64,000 nt of DNA from Paramoeba atlantica (lineage: Eukaryota; Protista; Discosea), in the NCBI GenBank assembly GCA_977017575.1, contig CDRNVI010000020.1, positions 536,154 to 600,153 of the forward strand, read 5' to 3'. Of the stretch, positions 20,961 to 32,600 are shown in pieces (the first letter of the stretch is position 1; every line of letters starts with the position of its first letter). Under the pieces are notes generated by a model. That model made no database searches and was not told the DNA's origin. It saw only the letters and a list, made by a program, of their open reading frames with translations. The position numbers and the translations under genes were made by a program.

Positions 20961-21489
20961 TTTTTCGTCAAAAATGGGTCAAGACAGAAAATGTTTTTCA
21001 TAGTATATTACTATTTTTACTATTTCTTTCTATTATAATTAGTTTATATTGGTTAAAGTAAAGGAAAATTCGACTTTTTTGAAAAACATTTGCTTTACAC
21101 GCTAGTTTACACCCTATCTAGAAATCTACTGTTTCATTTCTTAGTACAGTGCCACACACTATCCTCTAATTCCATTTCTTTTGTCGATGAGTGTGTCCTT
21201 TTTCCACAGAAAACGCTTCTCGTGACAAGCCCGGGCCTTCGAAGCCAGTGCTCGCACTGTGCTTCCGACCAGCGTGATATACGGCTGAGGGTGAACTGTC
21301 ATCGACAAGCGAACCCACGACACCCCTGGCATACCATAGAAAATAACGGAAAATGAGTATACAATAGTCATATACAATATTATGTACGTAGATAATGTTC
21401 TTTTGTTGAAAAGAAAAATGTCAAGCTAAAAAGTCATAAAAAAGCGAATTTTCCTTTACTTTCACCTTTATATTTAACATTTACCATTT

Positions 21490-21795
21490 TTTCACTTTTT
21501 CGCCTTTCTATCTTATACACGCTTTGAGGCGAGCATCGAAACTCAAAACAGTTTTATCAATCATTTTTTGTGGCAAACGAGACCACCCATTGCGTATGCA
21601 TCGGATGAATCAAGATTTATCTGATGGGGTCTTCTCGTCCACTACCTCTTGGAACATAGACCAGACGTTTTCTATGGGGGAAAGGTCTGGTGAATTGGGG
21701 AACCAATTTTTCAATAGATCTTTCATTATATTCGTAATATACTCCTTAGAGGCGCGTGCGGTGTGTGCCGTGGCCCCGTCTTGCTGAAAAATACA
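21490..21795 (-). pseudogene. Second Tc1-like transposase, C-terminal fragment
   Basis: IFQQDGATAHTA...NWFPNSPDLSPIENVW, then in-frame stops in a typical C-terminus (W..LP..MID..V.SF..RLKACI). The 5' part is replaced by R1 sequence. Confidence 0.85.
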
Positions 21796-23050
21796 CAAGG
21801 TGAAAAAGTATTTTTCGGACCCCAAGGGGCCTTTTTGTGTCGAAAGAATGGTGTGGTTGGAGTCGCATTCTCTACCCAATACGTTCGGTAGGCTCGAATT
21901 CATGCCTACGAGTGATTTCCCACACGCAAATGTCGGATTTAGTGCTCTGAGAGCAAAAATATACAAAAATCACCCCATTATTACCTAAAAATCCCTACGA
22001 GTCATTTCTCACACGCATATATCAGATCTAGTGCTCTGAGAGCAAAAACACGCAAAAGTCACCCCATTTTTATCCAAAAATCGGCTAATTTTGGCTATCA
22101 TCTTTGTGTTTTCTTCAGATTTCCAGGCCGAATTTTCTTTTTTAGGCTCTTCGTTAACCGCGGTGGTAGTTTTCAACGCGAACCGAGCAGCATGAGCGAC
22201 TTCTAAGTTGAAAACAACCACCGCGTTTAACGAAGAGCCTAAAAACGAAAATTATATTGAAAAAAAGTGAACCAAAACAGTGAAAATATAAAGAGAAACA
22301 CAATAATAGAAGAAAAATAATAATAGAAGAAAAAACAATAATTTTCTTTTTTAGGCTCTTCGTTAAACGCGGTGGTTGTTTTCAACTTAGAAGTCACTCA
22401 TGCTGCGCGCTTCGCGTTGAAAACTACCGCCGCGTTTAATGAAGAGCCTAAAAAAGAAAATTTAGCCTGGAAAACGGAAAGATTATAGCCCAAAATATAC
22501 CCGAATTTCGGGTAAAAATGGGGTGATTTTCGTGTATTTTTGCTCTCAGAGCACTAAATCCGACATTTGCGTGTGGGAAATCACTCGTAGGAATGAATGG
22601 AAGCCTACCGAACGTATTGGATAGAGAATACGACTTCAACCATACCATTCTTTCGATACAAAAATGCCCCTTTAGGTCCGAAAAATATTTTTTCACCTTT
22701 TTTAGTCAAAAATGGGTCATTTTGAGGGGCGCACCACGGTTCGAAGAAGTGATACCTTGCGAAAACGACTGCGGAGAAAGCTAGTGTAGGTCCCAAACTA
22801 TCAAAATACAATAGGGGAAACAATTTTGGAAAAATAATTGTTTTGTCATTTTTTTCGCCAGGTTCAATTTTTTTTTTTTTTTTTTGCGATGAATAAGGGG
22901 GGAGAAACGCGGCATTGCCTCTATATTTTTACCCAATACTTGAACCCTATAGGTCCATCGGGTGGGGTATACGATTTTAAAACGAGCAATCAAATTAGCA
23001 ATTTCATATTTTGGAGCCCAAAACTAGCAATTCGATCTCCCGTAAGTATG
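21795..23050. repeat. Cluster of R1 fragments in both orientations, including hairpins at ~22130-22250 (-) and ~22346-22462 (+)
   Basis: Direct identity to the intact R1 copy at 28662-29618. Confidence 0.85.
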
Positions 23051-24187
23051 AGAACAATAATAACAATAACAATAAAAACAAGCAATCCAGACCCAATCCA
23101 TTCGCGCGTTCCGGGCCGGGTCTTTCGACCTCTCCACGGTCTGGCTTGTGGACCCTTCCCTTGTTATACGGGAGGGCGCGGGCCTGTGTCGACAGCGACA
23201 CGGTCGCGAAACAGGATGCTGGCCGACGGGGAGGAGATAGACTCTGTCGACTCGACCAGCACCCGGGCCAGCGGTATGTGGCCCTGCGCATGGCGCCTTC
23301 TCCATGCCCCTAAGCGCCTTCAAGTGGGTCGTTAGGGTCACTGACAACTATCCTGGAGACCATCATCCGAGCCCGGGAACGCATCAACGTGACATTAAGC
23401 TCTTGCAAAAGGATGTTTCGTGCCTGAGTGTCTGTCAAAAGACCGTTCGACGCGTTGGCACGCAACGCCCCCACCTTCCACAGGACCGTCAAGGCACTTC
23501 TGCTCCATGAGCCGAAGGACTCAACAACCATCGCTGTGAACAGTAACTGAGCTGCTTCCGCTTCCTGGCGCTGTTTCCCTTTCGTTTCAGAGAAGTGTTC
23601 AGCAAAAGACCCCGCAGCCACCCAGCTAGCATTACGGACTGAGCCCAAATACTTCAATTGCTGTGCGTGGGTGACTTCGAAGTCTAGAACCATGCCACCT
23701 CCCAGTTCATAGTTGGGAAGAAAAACATCGCCTGGTCCGGTGAGACCTCCTCCAGGTCCCCGATTTCCGTGACTTTTTTCCCTTTGAGGAGCCATATTGG
23801 CCTTGCTGCAGAAGGAGGTGAACTGTTGGCAGACCGCATTGTGGCGGGTGATGAGGCCGTGTCCTTTCTTACACATCAGAGCGTGTTCCCCATTTTTTAG
23901 GAGTGGTAAGTCACATCCTTTGGTCGATCCTCTGGATAGACATCCATGCCCAACCACCAGCGGGATAAGGTACGGAACTCTGTGGGAGTGAAAGCGTATC
24001 CCTTGGTCCGCGAAGGAGTCACGAAACCCCAGCTCCCGGCACCTTTTCCGGACTCTGATATCCATCTTGCACGTGTGCGGGGGTCAGCCTTCTCGTATGC
24101 AGTGTTAAATTCTTGCTGGGAAATGACTTGGCTGTGCTTTTGCTGTCTAGGGATAATCATCTCCGGTTCGGCCGTCTTCTCTGATCC

Positions 24188-25091
24188 CTTTTTATTGAGG
24201 GAGATACTACTCCCTCGCTACCGTAGGTTATTCGTCGTGCCCGATTTCGTGCCCGATTTGTGGCCCGATTTCGTGCCCGATATCGTTTTAGGTCAGTTTT
24301 CGAAAAAAATGTATACAAAGACGTATGAATCGAATTTAGTGACAAGATTACTAGTTTTTCAACAATTCCGATGGGTACCCCCTGCCCCCCCCCTCCCCAC
24401 CCTGGTGATCATAGGAATTTTTGAAATTATGCAAAAAAAAACTAAAAATTTGTGGGTGAAAGTGAAAACAAATATTTTTCCCAAATCAACTCCTAGACCG
24501 TTTTTTGAGAGTTTGGAGCCTTCTATACCTGTATACCCTTTGATTTCATTCGATATTTCTCCACCCTGTGCCGATAATACACCTACATAGTACAAAATTT
24601 ACCCGGAAGTGTGTGACACGCAAGGCCGATGAGGAAGGAGGAGGCGCAAGGAAAAAATGCAGACGTATGAATCGAATTGAGTGACGAGATCACTAGTTTT
24701 TCAACAATTCCGATGGGTACCCCTGCCCCCACCCATCAAGGTGATCATAGCAATTTTTGAAATTTTCAAAAAAACAAAAAAAAATTTATGGGCGAAAGCG
24801 AAAAAATAATTTTTTCCCAAATCAACTCCTAGACCGTTTTTTTAGAGTTTCGGGCCTGATATACGTGTATACGCTTTGGCTTCATTCGATATTTCTCCAC
24901 CCTGTTCCGATACAACCTACATAGTCCAAAATTTACCTGGAAGTGTGTGACACGCAAGGCCTTAGAGGAAGGAGGAGGCGCAAGGGAAAAAGGCAGAAGG
25001 CGGAGCCTTCTGCCTTTTTGCCGCGGCGACGACGACTTCCTCGCATGTGAATCTGTAAAGCGCCATAGGGAGCATGTTCGGATGGCTATGT
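24188..25091. repeat. Insertion containing 12-bp repeats, two ~342-bp tandem subunits and terminal hairpins
   Basis: Hairpin GAGGGAG-ATACTA-CTCCCTC at 24197-24216. About four gtgcccgatttc-type 12-mers. Subunits start at 24319 and 24661. 15-bp perfect stem at 24987-25019. Confidence 0.8.
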
Positions 25092-25285
25092 AATCCAGGC
25101 TAAAGTGGACGAGGGAGATACTAAAGGCACCTTTGGAAAACTACCTCGAAACTGGAACGGTATCTCCCGATTTGTAAAGGATTCGGATGGGACAAAAGAA
25201 TCTTTAACGGGAGATACTGTTGCATTTTTGTGGTGGTTTTCCAAAGGTGCCTTTAGTATCTCCCTCGTCCACTTTAGCCTGGATT
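25092..25285. mobile_element. 194-bp MITE-like inverted-repeat element (~50-bp arms)
   Basis: aatccaggctaaagtggacgagggagatactaaaggcacctttggaaaa is the exact reverse complement of 25237-25285. Confidence 0.8.
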
Positions 25286-26543
25286 CTGTGTTCGCCGAGG
25301 GCGTTTGCCTTGCGAGGACAAGATATGACGTAGATCAGAATCTGTGCGAGGATTGTTTTGTTTGGGAGTGCGTCCTGTGCATGGGTCCAAAAGCGCTGCG
25401 CCTGCTTTATCGTTTACGTCTTGCACGGAGGTAGTAAATCCTTGAGCTTCCAAGGGGTCCCAGTCGTCCATGTCGGCGGCGTGAGCGACAGATGAAACGT
25501 ATGCTACCGTTGCGTGCAGTGTAGACGATCTGAGACCGAAGCCTCCGTGGCGCTTCCTGCGTAGTATTTGATCACGTGCGTGGAGGTTCAGGGGAAAAAG
25601 TGCCCACTCTACAGCCGTCATGACAGAGTCGTCTAGTAAAAAGCAAAGATGGGTAAGGGCCTGTGGGGGTGCAGTTCGGAGGGCGTATACCATCTGACAT
25701 AACTCCGTGCATTGACGGATTAGAGCACTGGCCACTTGGGGGTCTCCTATTAAACCTATGGCGGCTAGGGTCTCACGTGCTGCATCAGGAACTCCGCGCA
25801 GTGCTCGTCCGACCCGATCGGGCTCCCAAGGATACCGAAGGTCCCGTCATGCCGGATTTTCGCCTTTGGGATCTCGGGAAAAAGCTTTGTGAGATGAGCC
25901 GAGGAAGGTGGCGTTATGATTTCACTTTTCGCAGGAATCTGCAGCAATGGGGGACGTCCTTACAGGTGCTTAAAGGAAGTGAACAAACTGAGCTAAGAGG
26001 TGGAAGTGGATCAACTGGATGCTCTTCATTTATTTTCTCCGAAAAAGACGTCGGCATGGGCGGGGTTAGTGATCGAACGGGTTGGTTTCGTCCTTTACAG
26101 TGCTTAAGGTGAGAGTTCTGTTTGATTTTGTCGTAATGTCGGATGCAATCCTTGCAAAGGAATCTACCTTCCTTTTCCCACCAATCAGTTGAAATATTTT
26201 TACCATGTCGGTGAGCTACATAATTGTAGAGCGCTTGCCATTGCTCTCCGTGTGGGGGAGTCTTCCAGGTGCAACCTGCCGCTGGGCATTCACGTTGTAT
26301 GGCGTATTGTGGAGTGGAATTCGGTGTTTTGCGTTTCGGAGTCTTGGTTGCAGGTGAAGCGTTGGTGTCAAGGTTCGCTTGAGGCTGTGTCATGTTTGTT
26401 CGTATGACGAGGGAGTGATTCGTCTCCTCATTGTCTGTTATCTTCCCCGTGTCTGGCGTGGGTTTCTCTCCGTCTATCCTGACAGCTCGTCTTGTCCAGT
26501 ATTCGGGCACATTCTCGGGAATAGGGATGGTGTAAAGGAGTTC

Positions 26544-26972
26544 ATTGCGGTGGTTGTAAAACTACCGCTCTACACTCGATTATTGAAAACAAAGTGAACA
26601 AAAACAGTGAAAATATAAAGAGGAACACAGTAATATAATAGAAGAAAAAAATATAAAAGGGGGCTCCGGTGGTCCAAAACTGAAAAAAAAAATTGAAAAA
26701 TTCAGTAGGCTTCCATTCATGCCTACGAGTGATTTCCCACGCGTAAATGTCGGATTTAGTGCTCTGACAGCAAAAATACGCGAAAATCACCCCATTTTTA
26801 CCCCGAAATTCGGCTATTTTTGGCTATAATCTTTCCGTTTTCCAGGCTAAATTTTCTCTTTTAGGCTCTTCGTTAAACGCGGCGGTAGTTTTCAACGCGA
26901 AGCGCGCAGCATGAGTGACTTCTAAATTGAAAACAACCACCGCGTTTAACGAAGAGCCTAAAAAAGAAAATT
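26544..26972 (-). repeat. Internally deleted R1 copy retaining both ends
   Basis: Reverse-complemented 3' end attgcggtggttgtaaaactaccgc at 26544 and 5' hairpin at 26860-26972. Confidence 0.85.
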
Positions 26973-27180
26973 ATACGTGCTTCTGCCAGAAATCAAGTGA
27001 GCGTTCCCGGCGAATTGGTCCCAGTCTCCAGCGTTATGAGATTTCTCTTCCTGGGCAAAGGAATTATCTTCCATTGGCAGCGCTTATGCATCGAAACGTT
27101 CGTCGTGTGACACCGCGAGACCCAGGTTTCTCTGGCTGGTCATAGAAAGAACCGCGTACCTGGAGAAAAGTGAAATAAGG

Positions 27181-28020
27181 CGCGCGGGTCGCGCACTGAG
27201 AACCTATGCCTGCTACTTCCGCAGGAGTGTGCATCTTTGTCCTATATTGCATCACCTAGTTTACCTGTCTGGAGGCAAGGCTCGACTGCGAGCGAAGCCC
27301 ACGTCTAGAGGCAAAAGCCCCCGTTTGCGAGCAAGGCCCAACTGTGAGCGTAGCCCTGCGACAGAAGTATATTTTTCGGCGACCCGCATAGTTGGGCCTT
27401 GCTCGCAAACGGGGGCTTTTGCCTCTAGACGGGGGCTTCGCACAGTTGAGCCTTGCCTCCAGACAGTGAGGCAAGGCTCAACTGTGCGAAGCCCCCGTCT
27501 AGAGGCAAAAGCCCCCGTTTGCGAGCAAGGCCCAACTGTGAGCGTATCCCTGGGACAGAATTATATTTTTTGGCGACCCGCGCGCTCCAGCGCGCGGGTC
27601 GCGCACTGAGAACCTATGCCTGCTACTTCCGCAGGATTGTGTATCTTTGTCTTATATTGCATCACCTAGTTTACCTGTCTGGAGGCAAGGCTCGACTGCG
27701 AGCGAAGCCCACGTCTAGAGGCAAAAGCCCCCGTTTGCGAGCAAGGCCCAACTGTGAGCGTAGCCCTGGGACAGAATTATATTTTTTGGCGACCCGCGCG
27801 CTCCAGCGCGCGGGTCGCGCACTGAGAACCTATGCCTGCTACTTCCGCAGGATTGTGTATCTTTGTCTTATATTGCATCACCTAGTTTACCTGTCTGGAG
27901 GCAAGGCTCGACTGCGAGCGAAGCCCACGTCTAGAGGCAAAAGCCCCCGTTTGCGAGCAAGGCCCAACTGTGAGCGTAGCCCTGCGACAGAATTATATTT
28001 TTTGGCGACCCGCGCGCTCC
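27181..28020. repeat. Tandem array of 216-bp units bounded by GC-rich inverted repeats, with a 148-bp palindrome
   Basis: Unit starts at 27181, 27591 and 27807. Junctions form GCGACCCGCGCGCT-CC-AGCGCGCGGGTCGC. Perfect 70-bp arms with an 8-bp spacer at 27390-27537. Confidence 0.9.
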
Positions 28021-28024
28021 TATG

Positions 28025-28661
28025 TTATTAAATAAGGGAACATCAATTAAGGGAACACTAATTAAGGGAATAATTGTTTTTCGTCAATTTTTGGCATTTT
28101 CAGGCAGTTTATAACTAATATTTATTTTTTCCACCCATGGCCCAGGCACCCCCAACCCTCAGGATATATATTGTTTTGAGTAGTGAATTTTTCTTGAAAT
28201 GAAGTTTACATTGCGCCCCAAAAAAGGGTTTTCCCAAATAGTAAAGTGTTTTTTAGTAGTTACCTTTTTTTAGAGTTTTTCTCTTTTTCAAGAATTTTTG
28301 TCTAAAAGAAATTGATTTCATTTCATCTAAAAAAAATCGCATACAGCTTGCATTGGAAAGCGTTGTTCAAGACTCCAGCCCAGTTGCTTTTTGATTATGC
28401 GTTTTCTTTTTTTCTCTGTGCTTCAAATACAATTGATTGCCCAGTTAGTAAAGTCCCAAAAAACGGTTTTCCCAAATAGTCAGGTTTCTTTTTAGTAGTT
28501 ACCCAAAATCGGTGGTAACTACTAAAACCTTTACTATCTGGGCGCACTGTATATTTTTTGTGCTTTTTGTGCTTTGTAAAAAGAATAATTTTGATATTCA
28601 ACAGCTGCTTTTCACCTCTAAATATGTTTAAAATAAAACTGCAACAATTTACAGTTTACAA
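28025..28661. repeat. R2 family 5' half
   Basis: Near identity to 17358-17993. Confidence 0.9.
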
Positions 28662-29618
28662 TTTCTTTTTTAGGCTCTTCGTTAAACGCGGTGGTTGCTT
28701 TCAACTTAGAAGTCACTCATGCTGCGCGCTTCGCGTTGAAAACTACCGCCGCGTTTAACGAAGAGCCTAAAAAAGAAAATTTAGCCTGGAAAGCGGAAAG
28801 ATTACAGCCAAAAATAGCCGAATTTCGGGTAAAAATGGGGTGATTTTCGTGTATTTTTGCTCTCAGAGCACTAAATCCGACATTTGCGCGTGGGAAATCA
28901 CTCGCAGGCATGAATGAAAGCCTACCGAACGTATTAGGTAGAGAATACGACTCCAACCATACCATTCTTTCGACACAAAAATGCCCCTTTAGGTCCGAAA
29001 AATACTTTTTCACCTTTTTTAGTCAAAAGTGGGTCATTTTGAGGGGCGCACCATAGTTCGAAGAAGTGATACCTTGCGAAAACAACTGCGTAGAAAGCTA
29101 GTGTAGGTCCCAAACTATCAAAATACAATAGGGGAAACGATTTTGGAAAAATATTTTTTTTGTCATTTTTTTCGCCAATTTGAATTTTTTTTCGAAAAAA
29201 TTTTTCCGAAAAAATCCGAACTTGGCGGACCCGTCCTGCGGATACGCGGGGGGGTCACCCCCGGGTAGGGGGGTGGAAAATGCGCGCCAAGACCCCGGCT
29301 ACCCTTTCTGCGGTTTTTTTTCGAAAACTAATTTTTTCGAAAAAATTTGATCGACCATGCCCCCCCCCCCCTGGACCCCCCCCCTGGACCCCCCCCTGGA
29401 CCCCCCCCCTGGACCCCCCCCCCTGGACCCCCCCCATGGACCCCCCCATGGACCCCCCATTTTTTTCAAAAAAAATTTTCAGTTTTGGACCACCGGAGCC
29501 CCCTTTTATATTTTTTTCTTTTATTATATTACTGTGTTCCTCTTTATATTTTCACTGTTTTTGTTCACTTTTTTTTCAATAATCGAGTGTAGAGCGGTAG
29601 TTTTACAACCACCGCAAT
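28662..29618 (+). mobile_element. Full-length R1 non-autonomous element (Helentron-associated/HINE-like)
   Basis: 5' ~115-bp hairpin, internal (CnTGGA) tandem repeats and 3' hairpin GCGGTAGTT-TTAC-AACCACCGC followed by AAT. Inserted in R2 at caaT|Tattcatc with no obvious duplication. Confidence 0.75.
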
Positions 29619-29626
29619 TATTCATC

Positions 29627-32600
29627 ATACATACATACATAAACATTGGCAGATAATACATTATTGTCTACCAATTGGTAAACTCTCAATTCTCCCCAAA
29701 AAGTCACTATACTTTCACTTAAACTCAAGGACCCTTTCACAATTATTCTTCTGCGACTTACGGTTTTGTCGCTCTACGTCTTGAAAAAATTCTTCTTTTC
29801 CTGCGAATTCGTCGATCTCGATTTTTTCTGATTTAGGGATTCTACCGCAATAGAATGTGCCTCGTCGATCAGCTTTGTTTTCCGTTTCCGGGATAAGCAA
29901 GTTCTTTCTGGAATGGTGCAATTCGGTTGTTCCATCATAATCTTTAGGGCCCTGATCCATGAATATTCAGAAAATAGCACTATTTTCCCCTGAGTATTCG
30001 GTTTAATTCTCTTGACACGTGGCTCATTTTCAGTATGTTTTCTTGATAAAGAGTCCGCTTCAGAATTCCACTTATTACCGCAGTGTGCTCGAACCTTAAT
30101 AATATTGATTGTAATTCCATTGTTTTTCAATGATCGTAAGCAAGAGTCAAGAAATTGCAGCAGATCTGAGTTTGACCCATCGTACCCAACAAGTCTCTCC
30201 CTTTTTGACGAATGTGCACAAAATCCCAGACGTAGTAGGAGTCCGTGTGTATGCTGACATGTTTAGAGGTATTTATATGACTGAGGCCAACAAGAATAGC
30301 ATGCACTTCAGCTCGCTCCGGTGAGTTTGTCTCTGCGGCCGATAGCATACATGTATATGATTCATTGTGACTTCCTTGTAAAGTAACGCATCCGACGGCT
30401 GGACCCCTCGAAGCAATACTCCGATCCGGAATCGATGCATCGACATATACATGCAACTCCTCAGGCCTAATTGGAAAGAGTTTTTCACCTTCTTCCACAA
30501 ATTGAAGCTTACTGGAATCTGGGTCTTTACGTAGTCTAGCTTGTGTCGTTTTCCATTTTGGGTTCTTGACCCCCACCAGGGATACACTAGGTTCTAAGGA
30601 CTCTTGCAAATTTTCAAGTAATTTCCGCCAATGCTCCCTGTCAAAATCGTAAGCAAACATTTCTTCCATCTCTATACCAAGGTCTTGAGCGCACGCTTCG
30701 GCAGGAGACGGGCGCCTAGCTTTTGAACGAAAGTTCCATTTGATGAGCTCCACGTAAATAGAAGAGTGGCGAATTTGATGTCCAACCAGGCGGGCACGAC
30801 TTACGCGATGTATGGTTTCGAAACGTGGTGTCTTTGTACAAGGATTCAAGTGGATAACATTTCTGGTGTTCATCTACGCCCGTCGCTTCGCATACAATGC
30901 GTCGCATGTGATTTATCTGGACATCTGCACGCCGAATTTGGGATTTAGAGAGATAAAGCGACGAAGAACCATAATTTACAATAGGGTAAACTAAGGTATC
31001 AAAGAGGCGAAGCTTGGTTTTCGTTCCCAAGGGAGAAATCCATATGCCACGCAATTTGGAGAAGCATGCCCAGGTAAGATGCAATCTTTCCTTCAGTGTT
31101 ACCTGTGGGTCGCTTTCGTGCTGTATGTTTCCGAGGTGTCGATAGGAAGAGGTGCGCGGTATTAAGCCACAAGAGGCGTTACAGGAACCCAAATCGTCGC
31201 AAGTCTTACCGTTTGGATTCATCCATGCTGTTTTCTTCTGGCCCACCGCTAAATGTAAGTTGGCTTTGCTTGCTTCAGAAATTAAACTATCAATCATAGA
31301 AGTTAACTCGGGTTTCGATTCCGCAACAAATACTAAATCGTCTGCATAATCTATGTCGGAAATACGAGTGGATTGATAGCCTCTTTTTCTCGTGCCTTTT
31401 GTTTGTAGCTTGAGTCCAAATTCATTTCGATCGATTGCCGCGTTCAAAATTCTGTCCAGAACCATGATAAAAAGGTAGGGAGCAAACACATCGCCTTGAA
31501 GTATGCCTGATGTAATGGGGAATGATGCAGTTTTGCCGAAAGGCGTCCGCACCAAGCCCTCCAAATCAGAATGCAATGACATTGTAAGTCGTCTGAGCAT
31601 AGGTCCAACGTGGAAGGCTTTTAAGGCGGCTTCGATAGCAGCATGGGATACGGATGGAAATGCGCTGGCGAAGTCCACAAAGGCAAGGTAAAACTTGTCA
31701 CCTCTTCCTGATTTCGAGAGCAACTCATTTAGCAACACCTGGGCTCCATTGGTGGAGCGTTCCGGTCGGAAACCGAACTGGTTTTCTCGAAGAACGCGCT
31801 CCACTACAGGTCTTACTCTGTTTAGTATCATCGCATTAATGAGTTTTACTATTGTGTTAACCAAACAAATGGGTCTCCAGTTTGCCAGCTCTGCAGTATC
31901 CCCTTTTTTAGGGACCGGTACTTGCACGACCTGTTTTCATACATTGTGAGTTTTTCCGCTTTCATAGGCTTGATTTATCATGTCAAGAACCATTTTTCGG
32001 AGTTTATTGTTATCGAAAATGCAGCAATAGGCTTCCGCCGGGATATCGTCTAGACCTGGGGCTCGCCCTTTGCCGAGCTGATGCGCCGCTGTAAGCATTT
32101 CACGTTCCCCGAAAATTTTATCATCTATTTCACCTATGTAATTATCGGCTTCATGAAATATCATTTCCGTGCTGCTAGAACCTCGATTGGCCATTTTGGC
32201 GAAAAATGCTCTCACAGTTTCAAGCCTTTTTCTTCTGGATTCACCTTCTCCGAAATCAAACGTCTTTCTCCTGATACCACAGATTTCCCTTAAGTAACGC
32301 CATGGGCTTGAGTGATTTTTCCATAGTTTGGATTCTAGATATTACATTCATTTTCAATGACGTTTTCAATGTGAGTTTGGTGATTATGAACAAGTTTTTG
32401 AAAACATTTTTTGGAGCGACTGGCTTCGAACACCTTTCGTAGTGTGTTGGTATTTTCCTGAACCTCTGTCTGTTGCAAAAAGTCTGATTCTATCTTTCCT
32501 GTGTCTGAGAGAAACTTCTCCGCCGCCTTGCGCATTGTTCCCGTAAGCACCTCCCATATTTCACCCGGTTCACCCCCTTCAGCGGCCACCGCATCAACAG

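Larger units (their letters stand above)
23055..26530 (-). mobile_element. Internally deleted CRE/R2-like (restriction-like endonuclease) non-LTR retroelement
   Basis: N-terminal Zn-finger-like motifs (CPAAGC...HRH; CKDC...HLKHC), GILGSPIG, RHGGFGLRS, CCHC knuckle HALMCKKGHGLITRHN, endonuclease PGDVFLPN...VLDFEV, and a (TTATTG)n-like 3' tail at ~23055-23085. The RT catalytic core is absent, and the element is interrupted at ~24188-25285. Confidence 0.85.

Noticed and set aside
22346-22462. R1 5' hairpin as an independent Harbinger/Tourist or Stowaway MITE (tta-GGCTC...GAGCC-taa)
   Set aside because: The inverted repeat extends beyond the TA into ttttctttttt/aaaaaagaaaa, the flanks are inverted rather than direct, and most copies are attached to the same R1 body.
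27453-28031. 192-aa ORF with 72-aa repeats as a real protein
   Set aside because: It is open simply because the 216-bp unit is a multiple of three; no start context or domain, and the features are DNA-level hairpins.
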